The position numbers and the translations under genes are program-made. From positions 1 through 61,754 of IMG/VR virus record IMGVR_UViG_3300044983_000045: a DNA stretch of 61,754 bases, one strand, 5' to 3'. The stretch comes from a virus. How positions within the stretch are numbered: position 1 is the first letter of the stretch; each line of letters opens with the position of its first letter. The notes under the pieces are model-generated. The model was not told the origin of the DNA, did not search any database, and worked only from the letters and a program-made list of their open reading frames with translations. Shown one piece after another: positions 19,401-27,870 of the stretch.

Positions 19401-20964
19401 TTTCAGCCACGGCGGCACGATTCGGAAGGCGTCTCGCCAGCAGCAACAGGCATGGGTGCCGAAGGTCCGCGATCAGTCGGCCCTGAAGATGACCGCCGAG
19501 ATCCTGCAGGACATCTGGAAGGCGCAAGCGCTCTACGATGCCGGGGACTGGGACGCCTGCGAGCCGGTGATCCGACGACTGCTCAAGGCGGGGTTGACCC
19601 AGCCGCTGACGTATGACGCGCTCGGCAGCGTGGCGCAGTTCCAAGGTCGGATGGACGTCGCGATCGAGTGTTTCCGAAAGGCGCTGTCTGTCGATCCAGG
19701 CTACGTGGAAGCGCGCAACCGGATCATCATGATCCTCGACGCGTTACCAGAGACATCTCCGGTGACCGCAGCACGCGAGCGGGCGAAATGGTGGGCGCAG
19801 CATGGCGCGGATCGGTACGCACGCCGCCGGCCGCCGCTCGGGAGCCGCGATCCGCATCGGCCGATTCGCGTCGGCTATGTGTCAGCGGACTTCCAGTTTC
19901 ACAGCGCCGCGACGGTGTTTCACCGGATCGTCACCGAGCACAGTGAGGGGTTCGTTCCGTATCTCTACTCATCGACGCCGTACACGAAGTACGACCAGAT
20001 CACGAACACCTATCGGGCCATGCCCGGCTGGCGGGATGTGGTGGACTGGCCAGACATTCTCGTCGCCGAGAAGATCCGCGATGACCAGATCGACGTGCTG
20101 GTGGACCTGTCCAACTTCACCGCGCACAATCGGTTGGGTGTCTTTGCGTCTAAGCCAGCGCCGATTCAACTCACGGGGTTCGGATACGCCCTCGCGACCG
20201 GGTTTCCGTGTTTCGATGGCGTGCTAACTGACCGAATCGTGACGCCACCAGGCACGACGGAAGGCGAGCCACCCGTGTATCTTCCATCGGTGATCGACTA
20301 CCAAGGCACTGAAGGACTACCCGAGGCCAACCCGCTGCCGTGCCTGACCGAGCGGCCGACGTTCGGGGTGTTCCAGCGCAGTCTGAAGATCAACGCGCAT
20401 GGGATCCGGCTGTGGGCGCGCGTGCTCGAGCGATTGCCTGAAGCGCGACTGATCATGAAGTCGCACTATTCACCGAGTCTCCAGCAGTGGATCCGTGAGC
20501 AGTTCGGCGCACAGTCGGCCCAAGTCGAGATCCGCGGCGCGACGAGTTCGTACGAGCACAAGTTGATGTATTCCGAGATCGACCTGAACCTTGACCCGTT
20601 CCCGCAAACGGCGGGCGTGTCTGGCTGTGACGGGATCTATATGGGCGTGCCGATGGTTACGCTTCTCGGTGAGCGCGCGATTCAGCGGACGTCGGCGTCA
20701 TTGCTCACGAACTTGGGCCTGACCGACTTCATCACCACGTCTGAGGATGCGTACGTGGACACCGCCGTGGAAAGGGTGACAACGCGGAGAGACGAGCTCG
20801 CGGCGATTCGGCAGACGTTGCGGGCGACGTTGGTCGCCTCACCGATCTGTTTCGGATACACCGAAGCCGTGGAAGCCGTCTATCGTGACCTATGGCACAC
20901 CTATTGTGCGAAGCCGATGACGCTCGCCGATGCTGCCTATCGGCTACAGGAGGCTGTCGCATGA
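19387..20964 (+). CDS. TPR-containing GT41-family glycosyltransferase (O-GlcNAc transferase / SPINDLY-like)
   Basis: N-terminal TPR-like helices (AQALYDAGDWDACEPVIRRLLKAG...ALSVDPGYVEA). Then IRVGYVSADF..HS...DVLVDLS.FT..NRL.VFA.KPAPIQ....GY..TTG...D.....D and PTFGVF....KI, LDPFP..GGVS..D, which are typical GT41 catalytic lobes. The start is uncertain (GTG 19387 or ATG 19489). Confidence 0.75.
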   Translation: MGRRSFSHGGTIRKASRQQQQAWVPKVRDQSALKMTAEILQDIWKAQALYDAGDWDACEPVIRRLLKAGLTQPLTYDALGSVAQFQGRMDVAIECFRKALSVDPGYVEARNRIIMILDALPETSPVTAARERAKWWAQHGADRYARRRPPLGSRDPHRPIRVGYVSADFQFHSAATVFHRIVTEHSEGFVPYLYSSTPYTKYDQITNTYRAMPGWRDVVDWPDILVAEKIRDDQIDVLVDLSNFTAHNRLGVFASKPAPIQLTGFGYALATGFPCFDGVLTDRIVTPPGTTEGEPPVYLPSVIDYQGTEGLPEANPLPCLTERPTFGVFQRSLKINAHGIRLWARVLERLPEARLIMKSHYSPSLQQWIREQFGAQSAQVEIRGATSSYEHKLMYSEIDLNLDPFPQTAGVSGCDGIYMGVPMVTLLGERAIQRTSASLLTNLGLTDFITTSEDAYVDTAVERVTTRRDELAAIRQTLRATLVASPICFGYTEAVEAVYRDLWHTYCAKPMTLADAAYRLQEAVA

Positions 20965-21137
20965 GCCGACCGAAACAGTTTGACGGGCCTCCGATTAGCG
21001 TTCGACTCCCGGCACGCCTTCAGGACGATCTCTGCCGAGAGGCTATACGCCGAGAGATCGACTTAGCCCAGGTGATCCGAGAACGGTTGGGTTTCGTATC
21101 TCAAAACTCCGCCCAAGCCCAAACCTCCGCATACTAG
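20961..21137 (+). CDS. Ribbon-helix-helix (CopG-like) DNA-binding protein
   Basis: 58 aa. PISVRLPARLQDDLCREAIRREIDLAQVIRERL fits an RHH pattern. The ATG overlaps the GT41 stop (ATGA). Confidence 0.55.
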   Translation: MSRPKQFDGPPISVRLPARLQDDLCREAIRREIDLAQVIRERLGFVSQNSAQAQTSAY

Positions 21138-21333
21138 CCTCAGCCAACACAGTGAGCGGCGCACGCTCTCGGCGGTGTCCGAGAGCCACACGCTGCGTAA
21201 AGCCGAAGTGACCTGACGGTGATCGGGCGCTTCCACAACAACGGACTGAACTCGTTTTCAGTTCGTGCGTGGAATGCCGCTAGGTGCCATGTGTCGCCCA
21301 GCCGTTCCTCCGCACGACCCCAGAGGAACGCAC

Positions 21334-22701
21334 ATGACCCGAGTCGAACTGCTCGAAAAGAAAGGACGCTTGGCCAATGAAGCCAAGGAGATCCTGACCG
21401 CGGCCCAGGCCGATGGTCGCGAAACGCTCCGCAAGGAAGAGGAAGACAAGTTCCACGCGATCCACGCCGACATCGAGGCATTGACCAAGCAGGTCAGCAT
21501 CCTCGACAAGCAGGACGAAGTCGAGCGGTCGATCGCCGAACCCGGCAGCCGCCGGAGCGAGCCGAATCAGCTCGAGAGCCAGCGCAGTGCCCAGCCATCC
21601 AGTATCGCCCGTGGCAATCGTGACCAACAGGACGCCATCCGGGGCTGGTTCCTGGCTGGTGCGCCAAGTGCGGGCGCGGTGCCGCAGCACTATCGGGATG
21701 CTGCACGAAGGGTCGGGTTGAACCTCGACAACAAGAGCCTGAACTTCCGTCTGGCCGGCAACAGCCTCCAGTCCCGCACCTCAGACGAGATGCGCGTGTG
21801 GCAGACCCTCCACGACGAAGAGCGCGCGATGGCCGGCCCGCAGTCGACCACAAGCGTCGGCGGCTATTCGATTCAGGACGCCGCGATGCGCGAGGTCGAA
21901 GTCGCGCTCTTGGCCTACGGCGCCATGCGTCGCGCGGGTTGCACCATCATCCGCACGGATACCGGTGGACCGCTGCCGATTCCGACCGTCAACGACACCA
22001 CCAACGTCGGGGCGCTCATCGGTGAAGGTGTGACCGTCGGCACGCAGGACGTCGCGTTCGGCCAGCTCGTGCTGGATGCGTGGAAGTACACCTCGAAGTC
22101 CGTGCTGGTCTCGACCGAACTGATGCAGGACAACTCGGTCAACCTGCCGCAGCTCCTCGGTCGCCTGCTCGGCGAGCGTCTCGGCCGCATCACCAACACG
22201 CACTTCACGACCGGCACCGGCACAGGCCAGCCGAACGGCGTCGTAACGGCGGCCACCTTCACCCAGGCGACGACCGGTAACACCACGAACATCACGCTGA
22301 CCAACCTCGTGGGCCTCTACCACTCGGTCGATCCGGCCTATCGCGACAACGCGAAGTGGATGATGAACGACAACTCGCTGTCGAAGATCAAGCTGCTGAC
22401 CGATTCGCAGGGCCGTCCGCTGTGGCTGCCTGGGCTCGTCGATCGCGCACCTGACACCATTCTTGGTTCGCCGTACGTCATCAACCAGGACATGTCCTCG
22501 ATGACGATCAGCGGGAAGTCGATTCTGTTCGGGGACTTCTCGAAGTACTGGATCCGCGACGTGCGGGACGTGACGCTGCTCCGGCTCGACGAGCGGTTCG
22601 CCGAGTTCCTGCAGGTGGCGTTCCTCGCGTTCATGCGGACGGACGGCGACCTGTTGGACGCCGGCACGCACCCGATCAAGGGCTACCAGAACTCCACGTA
22701 G
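21334..22701 (+). CDS. Major capsid protein (HK97 fold) with N-terminal delta/scaffold-like domain
   Basis: N-terminal coiled segment, then GGYSIQD...LLAYGAMRRAG.TIIRT.TG.PL.IP.V.D...AFGQLVLDAWKY...VSTELMQD...LGERLGRI.N.HFTTGTGTGQP.G. GAGGAA lies upstream of ATG 21334. Confidence 0.9.
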   Translation: MTRVELLEKKGRLANEAKEILTAAQADGRETLRKEEEDKFHAIHADIEALTKQVSILDKQDEVERSIAEPGSRRSEPNQLESQRSAQPSSIARGNRDQQDAIRGWFLAGAPSAGAVPQHYRDAARRVGLNLDNKSLNFRLAGNSLQSRTSDEMRVWQTLHDEERAMAGPQSTTSVGGYSIQDAAMREVEVALLAYGAMRRAGCTIIRTDTGGPLPIPTVNDTTNVGALIGEGVTVGTQDVAFGQLVLDAWKYTSKSVLVSTELMQDNSVNLPQLLGRLLGERLGRITNTHFTTGTGTGQPNGVVTAATFTQATTGNTTNITLTNLVGLYHSVDPAYRDNAKWMMNDNSLSKIKLLTDSQGRPLWLPGLVDRAPDTILGSPYVINQDMSSMTISGKSILFGDFSKYWIRDVRDVTLLRLDERFAEFLQVAFLAFMRTDGDLLDAGTHPIKGYQNST

Positions 22702-22713
22702 TTCGTTCCACGA

Positions 22714-22742
22714 ACGGCGGGTCGGGTATACCGGCCCGTCGT
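22714..22742 (+). terminator. Stem-loop just downstream of the capsid gene (terminator/attenuator candidate)
   Basis: ACGGCGGGTCGG-gtata-CCGGCCCGTCGT forms a 12-bp stem (two G:U pairs), followed by TCCTTC. Confidence 0.4.
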
Positions 22743-22759
22743 TCCTTCAGGAGTCCTCC

Positions 22760-23080
22760 ATGAAAGTCACCATCATTCCTTCCAGCGTGCTCGGCGGGCA
22801 GGGCAGCATCGGATCGGGTTCGCTAAGCGTGCCGAATGCGGCTCCCGGCGTCGGACCGATCAACGGCGAGATGGGAAACGACGACGTCGTGGTCTCGATC
22901 GCGAATCCCGGTAACGACAACTTCAGCAGCGAAGCGGATGAAGCCTTCCCGATGCACCTTGATGGAGGCATTCAGCCGATGGCCACACCCGCGCCGAGTC
23001 CCGTCATGGCGACGCATCCGCCGGGCGGGAACGAACCCATGAGTCAGTACTCCACGCAAGGCCCGATTCCGAAAGGGTGA
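22760..23080 (+). CDS. Hypothetical protein (possible head decoration or accessory protein)
   Basis: 106-aa ORF with CAGGAG 8 nt upstream. Gly/Pro/Ser-rich. Located directly after the capsid gene. Confidence 0.55.
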   Translation: MKVTIIPSSVLGGQGSIGSGSLSVPNAAPGVGPINGEMGNDDVVVSIANPGNDNFSSEADEAFPMHLDGGIQPMATPAPSPVMATHPPGGNEPMSQYSTQGPIPKG

Positions 23081-23083
23081 ACG

Positions 23084-23455
23084 ATGACGCATACGCATAT
23101 CTCGATCACGGAAAAATTCGTGCGGCTCCACGCGCGACGCATCACGCAGAACGGACACGTCGTGCTCTCCACGAATGGCGATCCCCTGCTTGTGGAAGCG
23201 TTCGAAGAGCTCGGATGGGCCGATCCCTACCGGGATCCCGCCGACCTCAAGGCTGAAGCGAAACAGGCCGCTCAGGAGAACGCCGACTTCAAAGCCGAAC
23301 TGAAGCGTGACGCGCATACGGACGCCGAGAAGGCGCACGAGCTTCAAGCCGCCACACTGGAGGCCCCTGAGCAGGCGGTGATGCCAGCGGCTAAGGGCCA
23401 CAAAGCCGACGCAGACGCTGATCATTCCCATCATCGGGTCGGCAGGCATCGCTGA
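23084..23455 (+). CDS. Hypothetical protein
   Basis: 123-aa ORF. Its stop overlaps the next ATG. Confidence 0.5.
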   Translation: MTHTHISITEKFVRLHARRITQNGHVVLSTNGDPLLVEAFEELGWADPYRDPADLKAEAKQAAQENADFKAELKRDAHTDAEKAHELQAATLEAPEQAVMPAAKGHKADADADHSHHRVGRHR

Positions 23456-24096
23456 TGACCTTCCCGGTCGACACGTCCTCGCGCCGGGACGTGTTCGATC
23501 TGCAATGGACGCGGACCGTGGCACCGACGGCGCCCACGATCACGGTGAGCGACCTCAAGGACCACGCGCGTATTACGCAGAGCAATGGGGACTCGACGCT
23601 GCGGAGCTACATCGACGCCGCGACAGACGCGGCTGAGCAGTACATGAACCGCGGCCTCGTAACCCAGACGTGGGCACTGACGCTCCGATGGTTCGCTGAT
23701 GTGATCTGGCTGCCGATGGCGGCGCCGCTGCAAAGCGTCACCACCGTGAAGTACTACGACACGACGGGTGTCCTGCAGACGTTGGCGGCGACCGAATACG
23801 AAGTCGATACGGTCAGTAGACCCGGCCGGATTCTCCGCGGTGCCAACAAGAGTTGGCCGGCGTTACAGAGCGGGAAGCTCGGCGGTCGCGTCGTCATCAC
23901 GTACGTCGTGGGCTGGACCGATCCGGCGCTGGTTCCAGAGCGTATCAAGCAGGGCATCAGGATGTACGTTGCCGCGATGGACTGTGATCGAGAAGGGGCG
24001 GCGGTCCCGGCGGCGTCAGAAGCGTGCTGGAACGATCGCGTCTACCTGATTGAACCGACTCAGACCTGTTACGGGTATTCGCTATGCCCCGTGTAG
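23455..24096 (+). CDS. Head-tail connector / DNA-packaging protein (gp6-like)
   Basis: ITVSDLKDHARITQSNGDSTLRSYIDAATDAAEQYMNRGLVTQTWALTL is the classic gp6-like N-terminal signature. Confidence 0.8.
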   Translation: MTFPVDTSSRRDVFDLQWTRTVAPTAPTITVSDLKDHARITQSNGDSTLRSYIDAATDAAEQYMNRGLVTQTWALTLRWFADVIWLPMAAPLQSVTTVKYYDTTGVLQTLAATEYEVDTVSRPGRILRGANKSWPALQSGKLGGRVVITYVVGWTDPALVPERIKQGIRMYVAAMDCDREGAAVPAASEACWNDRVYLIEPTQTCYGYSLCPV

Positions 24097-24425
24097 GGAA
24101 CTGCAATCCTGGCCGCTTAAATAAGTGGGTCACGTTGTCGCAGTGTCCGCAACTCACGGATGACAGCGATGGGTGGTTCGAGCCGTTGGATCCCGTCGGT
24201 GCGTGGGTCTCGATCAAGCCGACGCTGGCGGCGAACGGACGCACCACGGAACACATCGTCGAGATGCGCCATCACCCACAAGTGTCGGTCGATACGCGGA
24301 TCGTGTACGAAGACTCCGCCAAACCGGTCGGGAAGAGGACGCGGGAACTCTTCGTCAAGGGCGTGCAGAACGTCGATGAGATGAACGACACGCTGGTCCT
24401 GATCTGCGAAGAGGTCGCTCCATAG
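24084..24425 (+). CDS. Head closure / head-tail adaptor protein (SPP1 gp16-like)
   Basis: 113 aa. LNKWVTL...W..VGAWVSIKP...R.V.....RELFVKGVQNVDE.N..LVLICEEV pattern, and position. Confidence 0.65.
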   Translation: MPRVGNCNPGRLNKWVTLSQCPQLTDDSDGWFEPLDPVGAWVSIKPTLAANGRTTEHIVEMRHHPQVSVDTRIVYEDSAKPVGKRTRELFVKGVQNVDEMNDTLVLICEEVAP

Positions 24426-24847
24426 TGGGTGCCAGAGTCGTGTTGAACGGCCTCGACGAACTGCGCGCGCAGTTACGGGCGCTGCCTGAAGACTTGGCGA
24501 CCGAAGCTCAAGAGATTGTCGTCGCCAACGCCAACGCGGCGGCGAACGATATTCGCTCAGGCTATCCGCACGGGCCGACGGGCAATCTACGAAGCCATGT
24601 CACGGTGGCGCAGACGCGTTCACGCGTGACGACGACGGCCAAGGTGAGCAGCCGCGCACCGCACGCCAACATCTTCGAGCGCGGGACCGCAAACCGTGTC
24701 ACGAACAAAGGCTGGAACCGCGGCCGGATGCCACAACCGCCAGCGTCGGAACGGATGATCCCAAAGGTCGCTCGTCAACGCCGGATCATGGTCGAGGCAC
24801 TTAAGGCGCTGGTTCTGCGGCACGGGGCGACCGAGGTCAGCGAATGA
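24425..24847 (+). CDS. HK97 gp10-family neck/tail-completion protein
   Basis: GTG start. LDELRAQLRALPEDLATEAQEIVVANANAAANDIRSGYPHGPTGNLRSHV. Confidence 0.7.
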   Translation: MGARVVLNGLDELRAQLRALPEDLATEAQEIVVANANAAANDIRSGYPHGPTGNLRSHVTVAQTRSRVTTTAKVSSRAPHANIFERGTANRVTNKGWNRGRMPQPPASERMIPKVARQRRIMVEALKALVLRHGATEVSE

Positions 24848-25581
24848 CGCCGACCCTGACGATCGTCGTGCCGACGATTGGCCGTCAGACGCTGGAGACG
24901 ACGCTGGCCTCCATTGCGCGGCAGGATCTGCGGCCAGGCGACCGCGTCGTAGTGGCGTTGGATACCTACCAGGAACCGCATCGGCCTGACGTGGCGGCCC
25001 TCGTCGCGCGCTACGGCTTTGAGCTCTTGCCGGTCGATGGTGGCGTGCATTTCATGGGCAACCCGCAACTCAATGCGGCGATCGCTACCTGTACGACGGA
25101 CTACTTGTGCGCGCTCGGTGATGACGACGTGTATGTCGACGGAGCCATTGCCACGATCCGCGCGAGGCTGAAACCCGGCCGCGCGCTTCTGTTCCAGTTC
25201 TACGCCCCACCCTACTTGGTGGCTGGCGATCCGCGCCGGTTCGTCATGTGGGCCGATCGGAAGTTGCGGGTGGCCAACATCTCCGGGTGCTGCGTCGTCG
25301 CGCCGCGTGAAGCACTTGTGCCGGTCAGCGCTCAGCAGCGGTGCGAGGTGGACTTCGACTGGATCCGAGACATTGTCGCCCAGACCGGTCGCAGGCCGAT
25401 CTGGCTCGAGCAGGTGCTGATCATCGCGCGTCCTGATCTCAGGAACGGGGAGCCCGTGCATCAGGGCGTCGCGACATGCCCTGGCTGTGGGTTCCGTGGG
25501 TTCGTTGAGGACTTCGCGGGCGGGCTCTGCGGAGACTGTGCGCCTGTCGTGATCCGCGAACTGCTGGGAGCCTCCGCGTGA
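24844..25581 (+). CDS. GT2-family (GT-A fold) glycosyltransferase with C-terminal Zn-ribbon
   Basis: LTIVVPTIGRQTLETTLASIARQDLRPGDRVVVALD, DxD-like LGDDDVY, and C-terminal CPGCG...CGDC. The start overlaps the upstream stop. Confidence 0.75.
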   Translation: MTPTLTIVVPTIGRQTLETTLASIARQDLRPGDRVVVALDTYQEPHRPDVAALVARYGFELLPVDGGVHFMGNPQLNAAIATCTTDYLCALGDDDVYVDGAIATIRARLKPGRALLFQFYAPPYLVAGDPRRFVMWADRKLRVANISGCCVVAPREALVPVSAQQRCEVDFDWIRDIVAQTGRRPIWLEQVLIIARPDLRNGEPVHQGVATCPGCGFRGFVEDFAGGLCGDCAPVVIRELLGASA

Positions 25582-26681
25582 CAGTCCGCAAGTTGCGGCT
25601 CCTGCTGTGTCACCCCGGAGCGAGTTGGGCGACCGCGGATATTTTCTGGGGGCTCCTGCACGGTCTGAAGTATCACGACGTCGAGGTCGTACCGTTCCGG
25701 CTCGATCAGCGCTTCGCGGCCTCGCAGTCGTCCTTGTACTGGCTGTGGCGCACGAAGAAGAAGACCGAACCGAATCTGGAGCGGCCCAACGCGGCGGATC
25801 TGAGTTATCACGCCAGCATCGGGGCGCTGGAAATGGCCCTCCGACATCACGTCGATTGTGTCGTGGTGGTCAGCGCCATGCTGCTCCATCCCGACGTGTT
25901 GATCATGATGAAGGAAGCAGGACTGCGCGTCGTGGTCCTGTTCACGGAATCGCCGTACGACTACGACGCCGAGATGCGAGTCGCGAAGATCGTGGATGGG
26001 GGTTGGACGAACGAACGGTGTGTCGTCCGCGCGTTTCGCTCGGTCAATCCGCACTTCGGCTACCTGCCGCACGGCTGGAACCCGCTGGTGCATCGCACCG
26101 ACACGCCGATCGATGACAGCGTGCCGGCGCATGACGTCGTGTTCGTCGGGACTGGCTTTCGAGAACGGTATCGGTTCTTCAACAGCATCGACTGGACCGG
26201 GATCAACCTCGGTCTCTACGGGACATGGGATCCACGTCTGCTGAATAAGCAAGTGCGGGCGTGTCTCCAGAACGGCCCGGTCGCTAACGAACAAGCCGTG
26301 TTGCTCTATCGCCGAGCGAAGGTTGGACTGAATCTCTATCGCACCTCGCAAGGATGGGGATCGCAAGCGCCATCGATCGCCCATGCGGAATCGGTGAATC
26401 CGCGGGCGTATGAACTGGCGGCGTGTGGCACGTTCTGTCTCTCAGATTACCGATCGGAATCGGCGGAAGTCTTCGGCGATCTCGTGCCGATGTTCCGTTC
26501 ACCGATTGAGGCGGCGGCCCTGATCCGGAAATGGCTGGCTGATGAAACTGGCCGTCAGCGGATCGCGGCAGCACTTCCTGCGCGTGTCGCAGAGGCTTCG
26601 TGGATCCACCGCACCAAGACGGTGTTGGGGGATCTGCAACAGCTCCTTTCAGGACGGCCGGAGTTGGCCGTAGGAGCCTAA
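25578..26681 (+). CDS. GT-B glycosyltransferase (CgeB-like / Glyco_trans_1_2)
   Basis: DVVFVGTG...R..FF......INLGLYG..W and the C-terminal NPRAYELAACGTFCLSDYR.E..E.FGDLVPMF.S..EA...I..WL are typical of CgeB/DUF3880-type GT1 proteins. Confidence 0.65.
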   Translation: MTVRKLRLLLCHPGASWATADIFWGLLHGLKYHDVEVVPFRLDQRFAASQSSLYWLWRTKKKTEPNLERPNAADLSYHASIGALEMALRHHVDCVVVVSAMLLHPDVLIMMKEAGLRVVVLFTESPYDYDAEMRVAKIVDGGWTNERCVVRAFRSVNPHFGYLPHGWNPLVHRTDTPIDDSVPAHDVVFVGTGFRERYRFFNSIDWTGINLGLYGTWDPRLLNKQVRACLQNGPVANEQAVLLYRRAKVGLNLYRTSQGWGSQAPSIAHAESVNPRAYELAACGTFCLSDYRSESAEVFGDLVPMFRSPIEAAALIRKWLADETGRQRIAAALPARVAEASWIHRTKTVLGDLQQLLSGRPELAVGA

Positions 26682-26685
26682 TTTC

Positions 26686-27090
26686 ATGTCTGCACATGCC
26701 GGCCGCTCTGGTGCTGTCTATCTGGCGATTGAATCCGCCACAGGCGTCGCCACTTCCACGATCAAGCTCAACGCGTGGACCCTCGATCGCTCGACGGACA
26801 CCTATGACGTCACGTCCTTCGGAGACGCGAACAAGACGTATGTCCAGGGCCTCCCTGACCTGAAAGGCACGATCTCGGGATCGTGGGATGACTCGGAAAC
26901 GAAACCGTTTGCGGGCGCGTCCTCGTCCACGGGCGTCAAGCTCTATCTCTATCCGGACATCACCAATTCGCCGACGAAGTACGCCTACGGCACGGCGTGG
27001 CTGAACGCCTCGATCGAAACGCCAGTCGCCGGCGCGGTCAAGATCACGGCGAACTTCGTCGCGGCAGCGAGCTGGACGGTCAACCTGTAA
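26686..27090 (+). CDS. Major tail (tube) protein
   Basis: 134 aa with AGGAG upstream. G.AVYLAIES....T..IKLNAWTLDRSTDTYDVTSFGD....YV.GL.D..G.ISG.WD is a siphovirus tube-protein pattern. It sits 5' of the chaperone and tape measure genes. Confidence 0.8.
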   Translation: MSAHAGRSGAVYLAIESATGVATSTIKLNAWTLDRSTDTYDVTSFGDANKTYVQGLPDLKGTISGSWDDSETKPFAGASSSTGVKLYLYPDITNSPTKYAYGTAWLNASIETPVAGAVKITANFVAAASWTVNL

Positions 27091-27356
27091 TGAACACGTT
27101 CGTTTTCCGAGGAGAGTCGGCGGAGTTGCGGTGGGGGTATCACACCGCCGCAACGCTCAAGGACTGGGTCTTGACGCCGACGGACGCCTCGAGGTTCTCG
27201 GTGACGGCACAAGTGGTGTCGTCAGACGCGTATCGGGTTTCGCAGCATCCGATCGCGTTTGTGGTCCCACGTCAGGCCGATGCCTGGAAGTGGACCGTGG
27301 AGTCGCTGCAGATCGCGGGCCGAACGATGACGGCATCGCTCAGTCCGCAGGAGTAG
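27090..27356 (+). CDS. Hypothetical tail-module protein
   Basis: ATG 27090 overlaps the upstream TAA. 88 aa. Confidence 0.5.
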   Translation: MNTFVFRGESAELRWGYHTAATLKDWVLTPTDASRFSVTAQVVSSDAYRVSQHPIAFVVPRQADAWKWTVESLQIAGRTMTASLSPQE

Positions 27357-27360
27357 TCAC

Positions 27361-27789
27361 ATGGCGTCTCGTTTTGTCTCCCCGGACGTCGTCCGGTTGC
27401 CACTCACGGATGGTGATTGGATCGATGTCAAGAAACGCCTGAACACCGGCGAACAGCGGCGCATCTTCGCGAAGATGGCGCGCGATATGGTCCCTGGCGA
27501 GAAGGTCAAGCTCGACCCGGAACAGGTCGGGATTGCCAAGGTCTTGGAATATCTGATCGGTTGGTCGTTGACCGACGGCGTGAAGCCGGTGCCGTTGTCG
27601 GCCGCCGCAGTCGGCAACCTCGAAGTCGAGACATTCAACGAAATTCGTGAAGCGATCGAAGCGCACGAAGAAAAGCAAGACGCCATTCGGGAGCAGGAAA
27701 AAAACGAGAAGGCTGGCGGTCCTGCATCGAAACCGACCTCGCCATTGCCATCCGATGCCATTGGCCCTATGACTACGTCGCCCAGTTAG
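27361..27789 (+). CDS. Tail assembly chaperone (gpG-like, zero-frame product)
   Basis: AGGAG upstream. Located between the tube and tape measure genes. Acidic C-terminal region; contains the slippery heptamer. Confidence 0.75.
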   Translation: MASRFVSPDVVRLPLTDGDWIDVKKRLNTGEQRRIFAKMARDMVPGEKVKLDPEQVGIAKVLEYLIGWSLTDGVKPVPLSAAAVGNLEVETFNEIREAIEAHEEKQDAIREQEKNEKAGGPASKPTSPLPSDAIGPMTTSPS

Positions 27790-27851
27790 ACCCTGACGTC
27801 TACGAGATCTTGGTCGCAATGCTGAAGGAATCGGAGACCACGAAGCCCTGA
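27361..27851 (+). CDS. Tail assembly chaperone, -1 frameshift product (gpGT-like; shift at 27699-27705)
   Basis: After A_AAA_AAC the -1 frame is open for 48 codons (REGWRSC...HWPYDYVAQLDPDVYEILVAMLKESETTKP) and ends at TGA 27849-27851, just before the next gene. Confidence 0.6.
27699..27705 (+). promoter_or_regulatory. Programmed -1 ribosomal frameshift slippery heptamer A_AAA_AAC
   Basis: The zero-frame reads G GAA AAA AAC. It fits X_XXY_YYZ in the correct phase, at the conserved position of G/GT chaperone genes. Confidence 0.6.
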
Positions 27852-27870
27852 CAACGGTGTCTAACTAAAG

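Noticed and set aside
21138-21333. Possible small RNA or riboswitch in the 195-nt gap upstream of the capsid gene
   Set aside because: Only a short hairpin (ACTGAA-ctcgtt-TTCAGT, about 21246-21263) is visible, with no recognisable conserved RNA motif. The evidence is insufficient.
21781-22671. Long antisense or alternative-frame ORFs. Examples: 21781-22671(-), 25461-26384(-), 26284-27153(-), 47538-48347(-), 43566-44453(-), 17679-18380(-), 3196-3897(-), 6275-6898(-), 41784-42542(+)
   Set aside because: They are Arg/Pro/Gly-rich translations typical of stop-poor off-frames in GC-rich DNA. Each lies opposite or inside an ORF with clear family motifs.
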